Shown here one piece after another: positions 11,094-22,623 of a DNA stretch of 64,000 nt; position 1 is the first letter of the stretch; every line of letters starts with the position of its first letter. Source of the stretch: Eutreptiella sp. 'Long Island Sound 2002'. Lineage: Eukaryota > Protista > Euglenida. The translations under genes were made by a program, and so were the position numbers. The stretch spans positions 196,168,001 through 196,232,000 of the forward strand of contig OZ038378.1 in the NCBI GenBank assembly GCA_964036045.1, written 5' to 3'. Under the pieces are notes generated by a model that did no database searches, had not been told where the DNA came from, and saw nothing but the letters and a program-made list of their open reading frames with translations.

Positions 11094-14063
11094 GTGTGTC
11101 TGTGTCGGGAGAGGGCTGGGAGGCAATGTGGTGTGTCATGCAGTCCCATGAAGGAGGGTTTGCCCCGCGTTATGCAGTTTTGCCCTCCTGGGCCATGGGG
11201 TGCTGGGGCTGGGGGGAAGTGAGGAGAGAGGGGGCTGGTGTGACATCTCGGCAATGCACAATCTTCAACACCAATTTCTATGCGTAATGATCCACACCCA
11301 CTTGCAAACATGCTAACCAGAGCGGCTATCTTGCCCCTTATGGAAACCCCTTACCCTGCGAGGGGAGTTCTGAAAGTCTGGGTTGCGCTGCTGGAGGACG
11401 AAACCATACCAATCGAAAATTGGCTAAACTGCCCCTTTGAGGATGGGGTTAGTGTGGGGGCGCACAGGTGCGCTGCCATGCGCAGAAAAGTGGGACAAAA
11501 CACCACAAGTCGGGGGCCATAGGGGGCACAAAGGGGCCAAACGGCACTTGTTGCGTCCAGGCACGCAGGTCTCAAATCCGGCCTGGCCTTCAACCGAAAT
11601 TGGAATGCGAAGTGGGCTTCCCGATTCACATCTATTGCCTTCAGCAAGGCACCTCAAGTTGGAGGGGGGGGGGGAGGGGGTCCGCTTCCCATTGGCATGG
11701 AACAGTTACGCCCCATCACGAGGTGGTAGCGCTTGGGCATCTTCCATTTGAGAGTAGATCAGTGGTCACAATATAAAAAAAGTGGCTTCGAAGGATTCGA
11801 TTTTCGATTGGTCAAGGCTGAAATTGCCCGAGCACATTGTGCCCTAGGAAACTCTCCCCACCCCCGAGCATGCAATGACCGTATGGGCTGACAACCACAG
11901 AAAAGGTTGAAAATATGCTCTTCATGTGACATTTGGTCATTGCGGGTGGTCGCAATGTCCAAAAAATCAGTTTCGGAAGTTTCCAGTTCTGAGGTGTCCC
12001 GAGTCAGAACCGCTTGAGCAGGTTGTCTCCTAGCACCCGGTGGCCAAACAGGATGAAAACCGCACAAGGACTGTGTCCTTGGTTGGCCATTGAATGACCG
12101 CATCTGGTGGTCGATGGAGGGTGTTTGGCCACCAACTAATTTTGATAGTTAGCCACCAGTTGCGACTGTACTGCGACAATTCCCATCGGGATCAGCCAAC
12201 ACAGGGCACTGCTCACACGGATCATGCACCACATGTGGTACCATTGGCTCGTAGCATAGCGTTTTGGCACTGCCTCCGGTGCGAGCGGACATGATAGTAC
12301 CCATGCATGATCCAACAAAGTCAGCTTTTTGCACGGTGCGTTTTCGCCGTGTGGTACTTAAGTGCTTACTGGCGCTTGTGGAGTCCAGCTTCTTGCGAAC
12401 TTCATCGTGCCATGTTCGTGTGCTGCAAGTACCATGGTGTACTGCCGCCTTTCTGCATTGCTACCGTGCTACCTGCTGTGCCGGAGTGTTGTGAGGGATC
12501 TGATGGTACCTCCTTTGGCAAAGGGGTAATTATTATGGAGCATCTAATCGTGCATCTGCTTTGCGCCTTTGTCGTGTTGCTTGCCCTGTGCTGTCCTGAG
12601 ACCTGCATTCTTGGGCCCGTGGATTTTCCCTGTGTACAAACGGTGGCATTGTGATATACGGTACTGTTTCTCAACAACGGACCTCAGGTTTTTCGATCCT
12701 GACATCAGTCAACCGCTGTGCCACCGGGGAACGAAAACACCGCTTCTGCATGGCGTTCCTCTCTCCCCCCCCAACTGAGTACAATTGCAAATTCAGAGTT
12801 CCGGGGCCGGCCCTAGAATACTACAAATTAAGCACGTCACAAATAGGGACGTTGTCCTCTCTGTCAATGCCAGAACACACCAAAACTGTGCAATTCATTA
12901 CTTCTGGAGCATGCTTTGATGTGCAAAAGGAGCCGCAAACCCTCAGATTGACCGTCAATGGCATTTCGCGGGGGCTGCCCCCACCCAAAGGGCCGTTTAA
13001 GCTTGTTGAGATGGTAGGGGTCAACAGAGCAGCATGCACAGTGGTTTGGGACGCTTGCTAACCCCTCGGTTGTATGTGCCATTGCGCTACCCCCAGTGCC
13101 AGCCCTCACACCCCAGTCCAAGGAAGGTGCTGGAGTGTGTGGCCAAACCATCATAAATTCCAGCTGCTGATATGTGCCTGCGGCTGGGAACCTGTTTGCC
13201 TTCCGCATGCCCTCTGCATGCCCTCAGTATGCACTCCGTGTGCCACGCTCATGCCCCATGCACTTTGTCCTCCATCTGTATGCGGCATGTCTGGCCCGTG
13301 TCTTCCTAATGCAAGCAGCTTCCTCGCTTCCATTGCCTCCCCTGCGGTTCCCGGCAGTGGTGGAGATGGAGTGTATCCCAACAATTGTAATTACTGTCTC
13401 CAACTGTATCCCAAGCTCCAGACGTGTGCACCCCATGTGTGATCCAACGTTTTCTTCAGTCCGACGTGCTCATTTCCCCAGTCCTTCCCTTGCAGCTCTT
13501 CCCCAGACACGATGAAGCAATTATCTGTGAAGCCGCATCTTACAGCCTTTGGGGACAGGGTGCATGTTAATATAGCATGTAGCCTGTGGGGGATGGCCAA
13601 GATCTCATTCCTTTATTTTTTCCATGGTTTTCATGCATCACATGTGTATCCCAAGGTTCCAGAGAGTGTGTCCTGTGTGCATCCCAAAAACAAAAAGTGT
13701 GGACCCCGTGATGTTCGTGCTACACCTCTGGTTCCCAAGGGGCTGACCAAGGCCGCCGTGCGGCACGACCGCGGGGCCCGTTTCCGCCTTCGCCCTCCGT
13801 AAGCCCTTAACCCGCTGGTCTGCGTCTGCTCCCGCGTTGTACCCCCGTTTTGTGCCCAGGGAAAAGTGCTGGGAGACGCTCTGTACCTGCCTTCTGCATT
13901 ACGAAGAGACACACCCGTCGGGCCTCTCCCAAATGGAGCGGGATCTCTTGCATGCGACGAATAAGGCATGCGTTCAGCCATGCCCTGCCGACCGCGCCCC
14001 AACATGACCACCCTTGTGTGCATGCGCCCGCGTGCGTACGTCTGTGTGTGGGTCTATCACTCA

Positions 14064-14107
<44 letters not shown>

Positions 14108-14646
14108 CTCTCTCTCTGTCAGTGTCTGTGCGTGCGTGCACATGGCTCTATTATGAATTGATTTATCATTTTAAATAAGTATTAAATAGATAGATTTATT
14201 TGATACTAAGTAATTAATTTATTAATTTGATTTAGGTAATAATTGTTATAATTGATAGTTTTGGAATATTTCATTTACTTCAATTTAGAACTGAGTGCTT
14301 CTGCCAGGGCCCGTTTATCACATTCATGTGTCTGGCTCGGTGGATTCGGGTGAGAGGAGAACATGAATGGCTTGCACTCCCCTGTTGTTTTGCCCGGTGT
14401 GCGCAGTGAAAGAAGCCCCTGTTGCTGCCGCGTTGTTGTGAACCGGATGACGTCCAGACATACGCTCCCACAACGCGGCGGGCGAGTGGCTGCGTAGATT
14501 TGTGTGTTTCATTTCGGGTGTGTGGGTGTGTGCGCGCGCGCCGCCGCCGCCGCCGCCGCCGATGGTCATGACTCCTCAGTGGGACGTCTGGTGGTTTGTT
14601 GGGGTCTGTTGTCATGGGCCGTTCCTTTTTACTGCTGGGCTCTGAG

Positions 14647-14706
14647 GCAGCCCCTAAGGCAGCCCCAAACGGCAAGCATGTCCGGCTCTTCAAGATGAGG
14701 TGCAAG
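14647..14706 (+). CDS. Gene 1 candidate exon (AAPKAAPNGKHVRLFKMRCK)
   Basis: ctgag acceptor after a pyrimidine tract, AAG|GTTGGC donor, phase 0 joins to LRVRSIECVEAL. A phase 2-to-0 linker exon between 11093 and here was not identified. Confidence 0.45.
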
Positions 14707-14846
14707 GTTGGCAAACGGTTCTATTCCATCCCAGTCAATCAGAACTCAATCAGAACTGAGTGGTACCTGGGTTGCAGGGATGAGAATGTGCTTTGTATTG
14801 TCGTGTGTTGAAGGGTAGGTGAGGGTTATGTCTGCAACGTGTGTTG

Positions 14847-15246
14847 CATGGGAAGTCGGGTTTTCGCTTGCGGGGTGGCTTGGGGGTCGATAGAGCCCTC
14901 GAGAACTGGGAGGGGTGGGGCGGGTTTGGGAAAAGGGCTCAATTGACAGGACCATTAATCAGTTATTATGAACTCTGGCGCCGAAGGCGCCGATCACCTT
15001 TTTGAGCCTTGAAAATGGTCAGTTTTTTTCTTCACCAAATACATGGCAAATGATGACTTTTCTGAACCCCCTCGACGCGCTGATTCCAAAAGTCCCATTT
15101 TCATTTTTTTTGCCGAATTTCGGGTCCGGGTCGCCTCTGGCCCCAGGGGTCACTCTCGGTAGGATTTGGGGGGCCTGTCAATTGAGCCTTTTTCTGGGGG
15201 GGGTCCAGCCAGAGGGCTGTCCCCCCCCCCCCCCGGCCCACCCATG
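14847..15246 (+). mobile_element. MITE family C (start CA(G/T)GGGAAGTCGGG)
   Basis: About 400-bp core (CTGGCGCCGAAGGCGCCG, GACTTTTCTGAACCCC) also at 37330 and 46529. Confidence 0.8.
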
Positions 15247-15886
15247 GTATGTGTCGCATGCGAATATGCCAAGCACTGCCACTCCGTGTTTTTACCTCAC
15301 TTTTCATAAACCTGGGCTGTGCCTGCGCACTGGGGGGGGGGGGTTTGGCACAAGGCCTTGGGGGGGGGGGTAGGTACCAAATCACAGATACAAAAACACG
15401 GCGGGCATTGAAAAAAACGGGCCACACAAAAACAAATCTACACACCAAAACACGGGAATACAGCTGTTTGATACTGAAGAAATGGGTGCTGCCACAGGCA
15501 TTTTACAAACATAAAGTTGAGGCCGGCCGAGGCAGACCGTAGCGTTCCACACATATGCAACGGTGGCACGCTACACACACAACGCACATGCACATGCACA
15601 TTGGGCCTTTTCTTGGTGGAGCGTACCCCGTACGGGGGTGTTGCCTGCCTCTTCTTAGAAAATGGGTGCCCCCCCCTCAGCCAGGACTCCCCCACTAACC
15701 CCCATCCCCCGGCGCCCTCGGGGTAGTGGAGGCAAGAGCCTACGGTTGCCAGTGCCAAAGAAACGGGTCTCCAAAGTTGTACCTGTCGACAGTCGGATGC
15801 CCCCCCGCGGGGGCGCCAGTGGGTGCGGGGGTGCAGGACGTTCAATGTATGCCTCCCCCTCCCGGCGCAGCCCCTTGCCTGTGCAG

Positions 15887-16003
15887 CTGCGGGTGCGGAG
15901 CATCGAGTGCGTCGAGGCCCTGTCCACGTGGGCGCAGCACGGGGCCAATGCAACCCAAGCGGTCCTCTGGAAGGGCATGCCTTACGAACAGAAGATGTCT
16001 TTG
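15887..16003 (+). CDS. Gene 1 exon (LRVRSIECVEALSTWAQHGANATQAVLWKGMPYEQKMSL)
   Basis: gtgcag acceptor, TTG|GTATGA donor, high GC3. Resembles an LRxxSIxxVEAIxxW...WxGxxYxxKM pattern I recall from uncharacterised protist proteins (not searched). Confidence 0.8.
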
Positions 16004-17062
16004 GTATGACCTGTCCCCCGCTCTGCCACCCAAACGGCGCGGGACCACAGGCCTCAGGGATGGGATGTCCCCTGGGGGGGGGGGTTGAGTGCCGTGTGTT
16101 GATCATGGTTTTCTCAGGCGGTGGGGCATTGCAGGTCGAACCGTGAGAGTGGAGTGGTGGGCCCATTCCGCCCTGCTGCCCCCGTGGCATCCACTCCCCA
16201 GCCACCGCCCTGGCAGGCCTCGCATTCAGTTGTCCCCAGACTCTGAAGCTCGGAGAGTGCTCTCCACAACATGCGGTGTGCGAACGCTAACACGGCGACC
16301 CAGGAAGAGCGCCAACACGGAGCTTTTTTCGGGGTCCGTGAGATTCTTGCCTCTTGCTGCCCAATGAAAGTTTTGTAGGGAGGGGGGGGGGGGCTGGGTT
16401 GGGCATTGTGCAATTGTTCGACGGTGATGGCACAGGGCTGGCTCGTAGGAAATGCGACATACGTCGTAAGAGCTGCAACGTGGGTTGCGGAGAATGCAAC
16501 ATCTCTCGGTGGCATTCGGTTTGCACAACATTGCAGCTGTTGGCAAACGATGTGACGCATTCACCAACCGAAGACACGCGGTCCAATGGCAAACGGCGTC
16601 CAATGAACGCAATCCAAGTTACAGGAATGGGCACCTTCCACCTTCTTTGTGCGGTGTGCAGCTCATGGCCGCCTGCATGACGCACACCCGGTACTTCAAA
16701 AGTAGCAACCTTTGTCCAAGCGACCGTGGACAACAAGCACCCTCCAAAGACGAAGTAAAGGGCAGTGTATTCCACAGCGCACTTGTGAAAGTCGTTGCAA
16801 GTATTTGAAAGTATTTGTAGGCGGCCCAAAAATTTGGCGGGGCACTCCCAACTTCAGATTCCATATTTTGGTCCCAGAGCATTATGATGGGCAAAAGCTG
16901 AGCTCATTCCACCCCCAGATGTTCCAACATGCCCAGGGTAGCCAAACAGGACCGCAATGCAACGTCCAACACACCTTCCATCCAGCTGCTTGGCTCTGCG
17001 TTCACAAGCTGCGTGCAGGCTGCGGACATGTTCCAAAACTTGACATACTGGTTGTAGAACCT

Positions 17063-17280
17063 CAGGGATGCATTGGAAGCGGGAGAGGTATCCCCCCCCC
17101 CCCCTTCCCAAGGGCGCCCAGGATATGCCCAGCCACTGTCTCCCTGACGCCAACTGCCGGCGTCAATGGCATCTGTAACCGACAGTAACCGCCCCCAACC
17201 GCTTTGGCAACCTCCTCCAACCGCCTGTCTACGGCCTCTGGGGCCGTCTCTGTGGTCCCTTCCCTTCTAATGCATCCCTG
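17063..17280 (-). mobile_element. MITE family A, inverted orientation
   Basis: TIR CAGGGATGCATTGGAAG / CTTCTAATGCATCCCTG; flanked by CCT direct repeat. Confidence 0.85.
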
Positions 17281-17356
17281 CCTCACGGGCTGGGCCCCCT
17301 TTGGCCGCTACAACCAAGTCATCCCTAAATGGCTGAAGGACCTGGCATTTGGCCGG
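17281..17356 (+). CDS. Gene 1 candidate exon (LTGWAPFGRYNQVIPKWLKDLAFGR), 5' side interrupted by a MITE
   Basis: 19 of 25 codons end in G/C; CGG|GTCTGT donor in phase 0; no AG between an in-frame TAA (17186) and the exon; a TAG acceptor lies at 17055-17057 before the MITE. Confidence 0.55.
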
Positions 17357-17368
17357 GTCTGTAGTGAA

Positions 17369-17577
17369 ACCTAGTAAAAATTTTTTTTTTTTAAAAAGTT
17401 TTTTTTTTTACTAGGTAACAGTTTACTAGGTAACACGTTTTTTTACTAGGTATTGGGAACCTAGTAAAAAAAAAAGTTTTTTTTTTTACTAGGTTTCAAA
17501 ACCTAGTAAAAAAAAAGTTTTTTTTTTTACTAGGTTTCAGAACCTAGTAAAAACAAATTTTTTTTTTATTACTAGGT
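17369..17577. repeat. Array of ACCTAGT-A(n)/T(n)-ACTAGGT palindromes
   Basis: Hairpin units at about 17369-17416, 17459-17494, 17501-17535, 17542-17577. Confidence 0.9.
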
Positions 17578-17889
17578 TACTGGGTAGCCACCTTGCCCAC
17601 TTGTGGGCCACTTCTGATTTTGCCCCCCGCTCTGCAGCGGTGGGGCTCCCCGATACGGCAGGGGTGAGGTAGCCAATTTGCCCACTTGTGGGCCACTTCT
17701 GATTCTGCCCCCCGCTCTGCAGCGGAGGGGATCCCCGATACGGCAGGGGTGAGGTAGCCAATTTGCCCACTTGTGGGCCACTTCTGATTCTGCCCCCCGC
17801 TCTGCAGCGGAGGGGATCCCCGATACGGCAGGGGTGAGGTAGCCAATTTGCCCACTTGTGGGCCACTTCTGATTCTGCCCCCCGCTCTG
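17577..17889. repeat. 79-bp tandem minisatellite, about 4 copies
   Basis: CCCACTTGTGGGCCACTTCTGATTCTGCCCCCCGCTCTGCAGCGG... repeated. Confidence 0.95.
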
Positions 17890-17892
17890 GAG

Positions 17893-18042
17893 TATGACAA
17901 AAATCTAATCAAAGAGTTGGAAGAAAAGACCACGGGCGTGATTCGCAACATGTGCAAGCACAACCCTCCCTCTGCACAACCCACCTACAAAGACAAGAAG
18001 TCGGACCTCATCTACAAGCGCGTGTTTTGCGACTTCATATAA
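17893..18042 (+). CDS. Gene 1 terminal exon (YDKNLIKELEEKTTGVIRNMCKH...KRVFCDFI*)
   Basis: Coding bias, TAA followed by an AT-rich 3'UTR-like tract; the only nearby acceptor is an atypical GAG at 17890-17892. Confidence 0.7.
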   Translation, partial: YDKNLIKELEEKTTGVIRNMCKHNPPSAQPTYKDKKSDLIYKRVFCDFI

Positions 18043-18295
18043 AGCACGCGTGTGTGCACCTCATATATGTATATATATATTTATCATATAAAAGCTCCTT
18101 CTTTTCTTGAGCCTCATTTTATTTTTGCTGACCTTGCAATACACGGTTTGGCCCGGGTGGGGCGCCACTTACACAAGTGGCCTGGAATAGACCAGGGGGC
18201 ACCATGCCCTTAAACATAAATACCACCTACCGTTGACCCCCCCCCCCCCCCATAAACTTGGTTTTTTTGTTCAAATTCAAGTCCAAATTTGTCAC

Positions 18296-18506
18296 TACCT
18301 AGTAACCTAGTAAGGGAAAATTTTTTAAATTTTTTGCTTTTTTTACCTAGTAAAAAAATTTTTTTTAAAATTTTTTTTTAAAATTTTTGCTTTTTTTACC
18401 TAGTAAAAAAAATTTTTTTTTAAAAAAAATTTTTTTTTACTAGGTTTTGCTACATTTTACTAGGTTTTGCTACATTTTACTAGGTTTTGCTACGTGCATA
18501 CTAGGT
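18296..18506. repeat. Second ACCTAGT/ACTAGGT array, including a 20-bp tandem TACTAGGTTTTGCTACATTT
   Basis: Direct inspection. Confidence 0.9.
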
Positions 18507-18599
18507 TTCACCAAATGCCCCATTTGGCCTCCCTGCGGCACATATCTCGGTCTTCGACTGGGAGCGGGGGGGGGTTCATCCGGCGGGCAAAGGGGGGGG

Positions 18600-18793
18600 C
18601 AGGGCGTCTTTAGAATAATAACACACCAGGGGGGGGGGGTTCCCGAAAACCCCCTCCCCCCCCTACAGACCAAAGTGACCATCGTCGGAAAAAACGAAAT
18701 TTACAACAGGGAAAATCCTGCCGGATCATTTTTGGTACACACTTTTGGACTTTTGGGTCCCCCCCCCCCTCCCCCCCTTTAAGCACAGCCCTG
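18600..18793 (+). mobile_element. MITE family E (CAGGGC...GCCCTG)
   Basis: Core shared with the 42809 copy; no TSD visible. Confidence 0.65.
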
Positions 18794-19269
18794 CCCTCCG
18801 CTTGTTCCTACATGAATGGTTGCTCTGTACGGCGCTGCAAGTTGTTGCAAATTGCTTGGAGCCTGCGCAGCACCGAGGGCAAATCGTGCAAGGAGATCAG
18901 CTTCTGCCAGTTTTTGGTACATGCCACACCAGGAACTCACTGACTCGATAGAATTTTCTTTATCGGACAAAACCCGCGTATTAACCTCTGGTCAACTGTG
19001 GAGGAGGGGGCAGTCTGTTCAGTGCCTACATTGCTGACCTGCGCAGTGTATGGGGTCTGCATGCGAGTGTGGCCCGCATAAAGCTGCTCGGATATGCGTG
19101 ACAAACACGCCCCACGCCCCTCATGACCACGCCTCCGGGCAACGCTTTGTCCTTGGCCCAGTTCAGAGATGACATCACGGTTGCTGGAAGGGGACCGTCG
19201 GTAGAAATTAAGATTATTGGGGTTCGTTCCGATTGGCAGATTGTCGGAATCTGCCCCCCGCCCCCCGTG

Positions 19270-19460
19270 CCCACCGAATGCTTTGTCCAACGAACACTTC
19301 CGTTCAGGCTGCATTTTTTTTGGGACCCAATTAATTTGGGACCGGGTTTATGTACCGGATCAATTGAGTACCGAACGGCGTGTCCAACGAACACTCCTGT
19401 TCGGACCGTATTTTTTTTTTGAGGATTTCATTGTTCGCTGGACAACGGGGGGGGGGTACC
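19270..19460. repeat. Repeat family L (GTCCAACGAACAC / GTTCGCTGGACAC), also at about 34975-35055, 35440-35555, 41050-41260
   Basis: Shared motifs. Confidence 0.7.
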
Positions 19461-20277
19461 CACATTGTGTGAGTGCTTTGGCTACAGAGCAGGCATGTTC
19501 TCGTGTGTGCGTGATTGGCCACATCCAAGTTTTGCGGCTGACTGTACCATTGGGTACTCCTATCGCCTGCTGCAACACGCCCCCGTTGCTGAACAGCAGG
19601 TGGGGGCATTAAAGCTGGGCCCCAGCTTGCAATGCGCCTGGGCAGTTTCTTCAGGAGCCTTGGCGAATATTTTCACAGGGCCCTTGATTAACTGTTGACT
19701 GGGAGGGGGAGGACACAGAGAAGATACGGGGTGACAGAAGAGGCCATGCTGGCAGCTGGCACGACGCTGTGGCCTGTGCATGCGCCTGGTGGTGGGGGAA
19801 AGGTCGTACCTCTGAGGGGGTAGAAGCATCAAGAGCAGAAGGGGAAGTGGTGCCGCGATGGCCCTTGACAACCGCAGTCAAAGGCAGGCGAGAGGGTCCC
19901 CCCCCCCCCCCCCCCGTCGCCACCGATGGAGAAACAAAAACGGCGGACCAACCAAAATAGCGGCTTTGTGGACCTTCGGTCAAGGAAAGGGAAGGGAAGG
20001 GCGGCAAGCGGTGATCAGCCAATTGGCACCGCCAGCTGCAGACAGAGAAACCAACCTCAGCGAGGCTCATTAGAGGGCGCGGTCGGTCCCCCCCATTCTC
20101 TTGTCGGACGCGCTGCTGTGGGGGCGTGGGAGGGGGCAGTGCACCGCAGGGCCTTTGGAGGTTATGAGGAAGAGCGGCCCAGTGGAAGCGCAGGGCATGA
20201 GCAGAGGGGATCATGAGCGAGGCTTCGGGTAAACCGCCGACCGCTGCCGGTCCACTGCCAACGGCTGGTGGCACCCC

Positions 20278-20565
20278 CAGGGATGCATTAGAAGGGGGGG
20301 AGGTTGCCCCCCCCCCCCCCTTCCGAGTACATTACCTCTGGTTTGCATTTGTCTGTTTTTAAATTAGGTCACCCCCCCCCCCCCCCTTCCGCAGGGCGCC
20401 CAGGATATGCCCAGCCACTGTCTCCCTGAGGGCAAGTGTCAGCTTCAATGGCATTTGTAACCGACAGTAACTGCCCTCAACCGCTTTGGCAACCTCCTCG
20501 AACCGCCTGTCTGTCCGCCTCTGGGGTCACCTCTGAAAGGTCCCTTCCCTTCTAATGCACCCCCG
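20278..20565 (-). mobile_element. MITE family A
   Basis: Same internal sequence; decayed right TIR; flanks match 5/8. Confidence 0.8.
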
Positions 20566-20858
20566 GTCACACTGCCGCAAGGCACCCAAAACGCGCAGTC
20601 CTGTGTGCGGCAATCGCCCGCCACCCCGGGTCACTGCCTTGATAACCCCCCATCAGTGCCCCATGCTGCACAACCGTTGCTGTACAGCCGTCCTCCGCCT
20701 GCAGCGTGCTGCAGGGGCGGGACGCACTAAGAGTCTGCACCTGCGTCCGTTGCCCCGCACGAAACCCCCCCAACCGCTGGCAGTTACCCCTCAACTGGTG
20801 TTGGGTAGCCCCCAACGCCCGACGGTTACCCCTCCGCCGCCGATGGGTAACCCCCAAC

Positions 20859-21066
20859 CAGGCCTTTGCTTAGTGGGGGCGGGGGCTGGGGGTGACCCCA
20901 TGCCCTGGTGAGGGGATCTCAGTCGGAACTACCCCCACATGCCGGTCAGCTCAGTAGGAAGGAGCCCCGCCCTATGGGCAACTGAGTAGGACCCAGCGCC
21001 ATCCACAAGGCTCCTCACTAGGAACCCGCCCTGACCCCCCCCCCCCCCCCACTAAGCAAAGGCCTG
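20859..21066. mobile_element. MITE with 21-bp TIR CAGGCCTTTGCTTAGTGGGGG, perfect 8-bp TSD
   Basis: CCCCCAAC at 20851-20858 and 21067-21074. Confidence 0.9.
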
Positions 21067-22453
21067 CCCCCAACTGCGACGGTTAATGGTCAATCGACGA
21101 CCATTTTTGTTGCACCACGGTTGTCGCACGGTATTCCATCGCGCAAAGGGAGGAGTGGGAGGTAAGAGAAGATGGGCCGTCACTAGACCCCCCCTTCAGA
21201 AAGTCCTGCCCCGCAGCCCAGTGCCCCACTTCCCGCTCTGACGCCGCGTGTGCCACGTGCAGTGCTTACATACACGTATTTGTTCTCAGGACGTGGCGCA
21301 TCTGGCGGCCTCACCGCTGGGGCCGGTGTGCCCCTTCGAATTGCGTGGAAATCTGCTGCTGAATCCTGCACGGACCGGTGCTGCCCTCCCCATCCTCAGC
21401 CATCCCCATTAATGGCCCTCAACAAGTGGACAAATGACAGAAGTGACAAGTCTTGGCCTCAAGGTGAAGACCGGAGATGAACACTGTTCCCACTATGGGC
21501 TGGTTCACAACCTACTAACCACTACTCATCAACTGAAAAACGGGCGCATGGTGAACTCACCGAAAACCACCGAAAGTCAGTGACCTTACAGTGCTGGGCG
21601 GGGTGAACTGGGACGGAGGGGCTACAAACAACTGCTGCCCTACCCATGGGCACCCCCAAGGGATTTGCAAAGCAAGCACACAGTTTTGACCCAAAAACAA
21701 GTGCCAAACCTGCCCACCGACCCTGCTATGTACCCTTTGAGGTCTCCTCACACCGTGCGTGCCCAGTTGGTTGAAGGTGGTGAGTGGGCGTTGTACAAAG
21801 CCTCCCTGGTCGAAGACACCTGTGATTTTGATACTCCCCAGTCGTGGGAAGCACAAAAGGCCGGTTGCCCACCATGTACCCATATGCAACCCTGTGCGTT
21901 CTGCAAACCCTCTTGTGATGTTGAGCGTTCATTTTTCTATGTTGAAGAATGTGCGCCCAAAGAACCGATGTAGTATGCGACGTGGGTTGCACAGAGCATA
22001 TGTCTCATTTGGGTTGAATGGTGTTGTGAATGCACCGTAAAAGCCACATTGCGAAAGGAAATGGTGTCGGTGATGTTATCTAGTGCATGTAAATCTTTGG
22101 GAAGGCATGGGAACCTTGTCAATCACCGGTTTTCACCGTTTTTCACCGGTTTTGACCGTTTCCGCCGTTTTTCACGGCACTGGCGGTGAGTTGGTGACTG
22201 CGTGGCAGTGAGCTCACAGCCCTGCCCGCCCCTCAAAGGTGTGAGGAAAGCCACCAGCACACGGAGAGGGCTGCTGCCCCCCTTGACCTGCTGCATCCCA
22301 TCGTGGGCCGACGTGCTCTGGGACCCATCGATGGCACAATCTCTACAACGGTGAGGCTGTGCAACCCGGAGGTCCGGAGGACGAATCCTGGCTATGCCCC
22401 CCCGCATGCCCCGTGTCGTTACCCCCCAAACTCTCTCCATTGCCTTGCTGCAG

Positions 22454-22623
22454 TCCCTTCGGGAGAGTGCACTGTAGCCCCGGATGACAACTGCAGCAAC
22501 GCCGAACTGCAGACAGAAGACGGATCTACTGCAGGCGGCGTGCGGCTGACCACTGAATGGGAGCAGCGCCTCGCGGCATGTGAGGCGTTCCTCGCGACTC
22601 TGCTGGTGGATCCTCAGCCTCAG
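22454..22623 (+). CDS. Gene 2 candidate upstream exon (VPSGECTVAPDD...LATLLVDPQPQ)
   Basis: ctgcag acceptor, CAG|GTGCTT donor, open frame. Confidence 0.45.

Noticed and set aside
12799-13013. Candidate phase 2-to-0 linker exon of gene 1 (VPGPALEYYK...LVEM); alternatives near 11322-11448 and 13740-13798
   Set aside because: Splice sites are plausible but GC3 is weak and several candidates compete; cannot choose without RNA data.
17577-17889. 79-bp tandem repeat as a CRISPR array
   Set aside because: Units are near-identical throughout with no unique spacers, there are no cas genes, and the context is eukaryotic.
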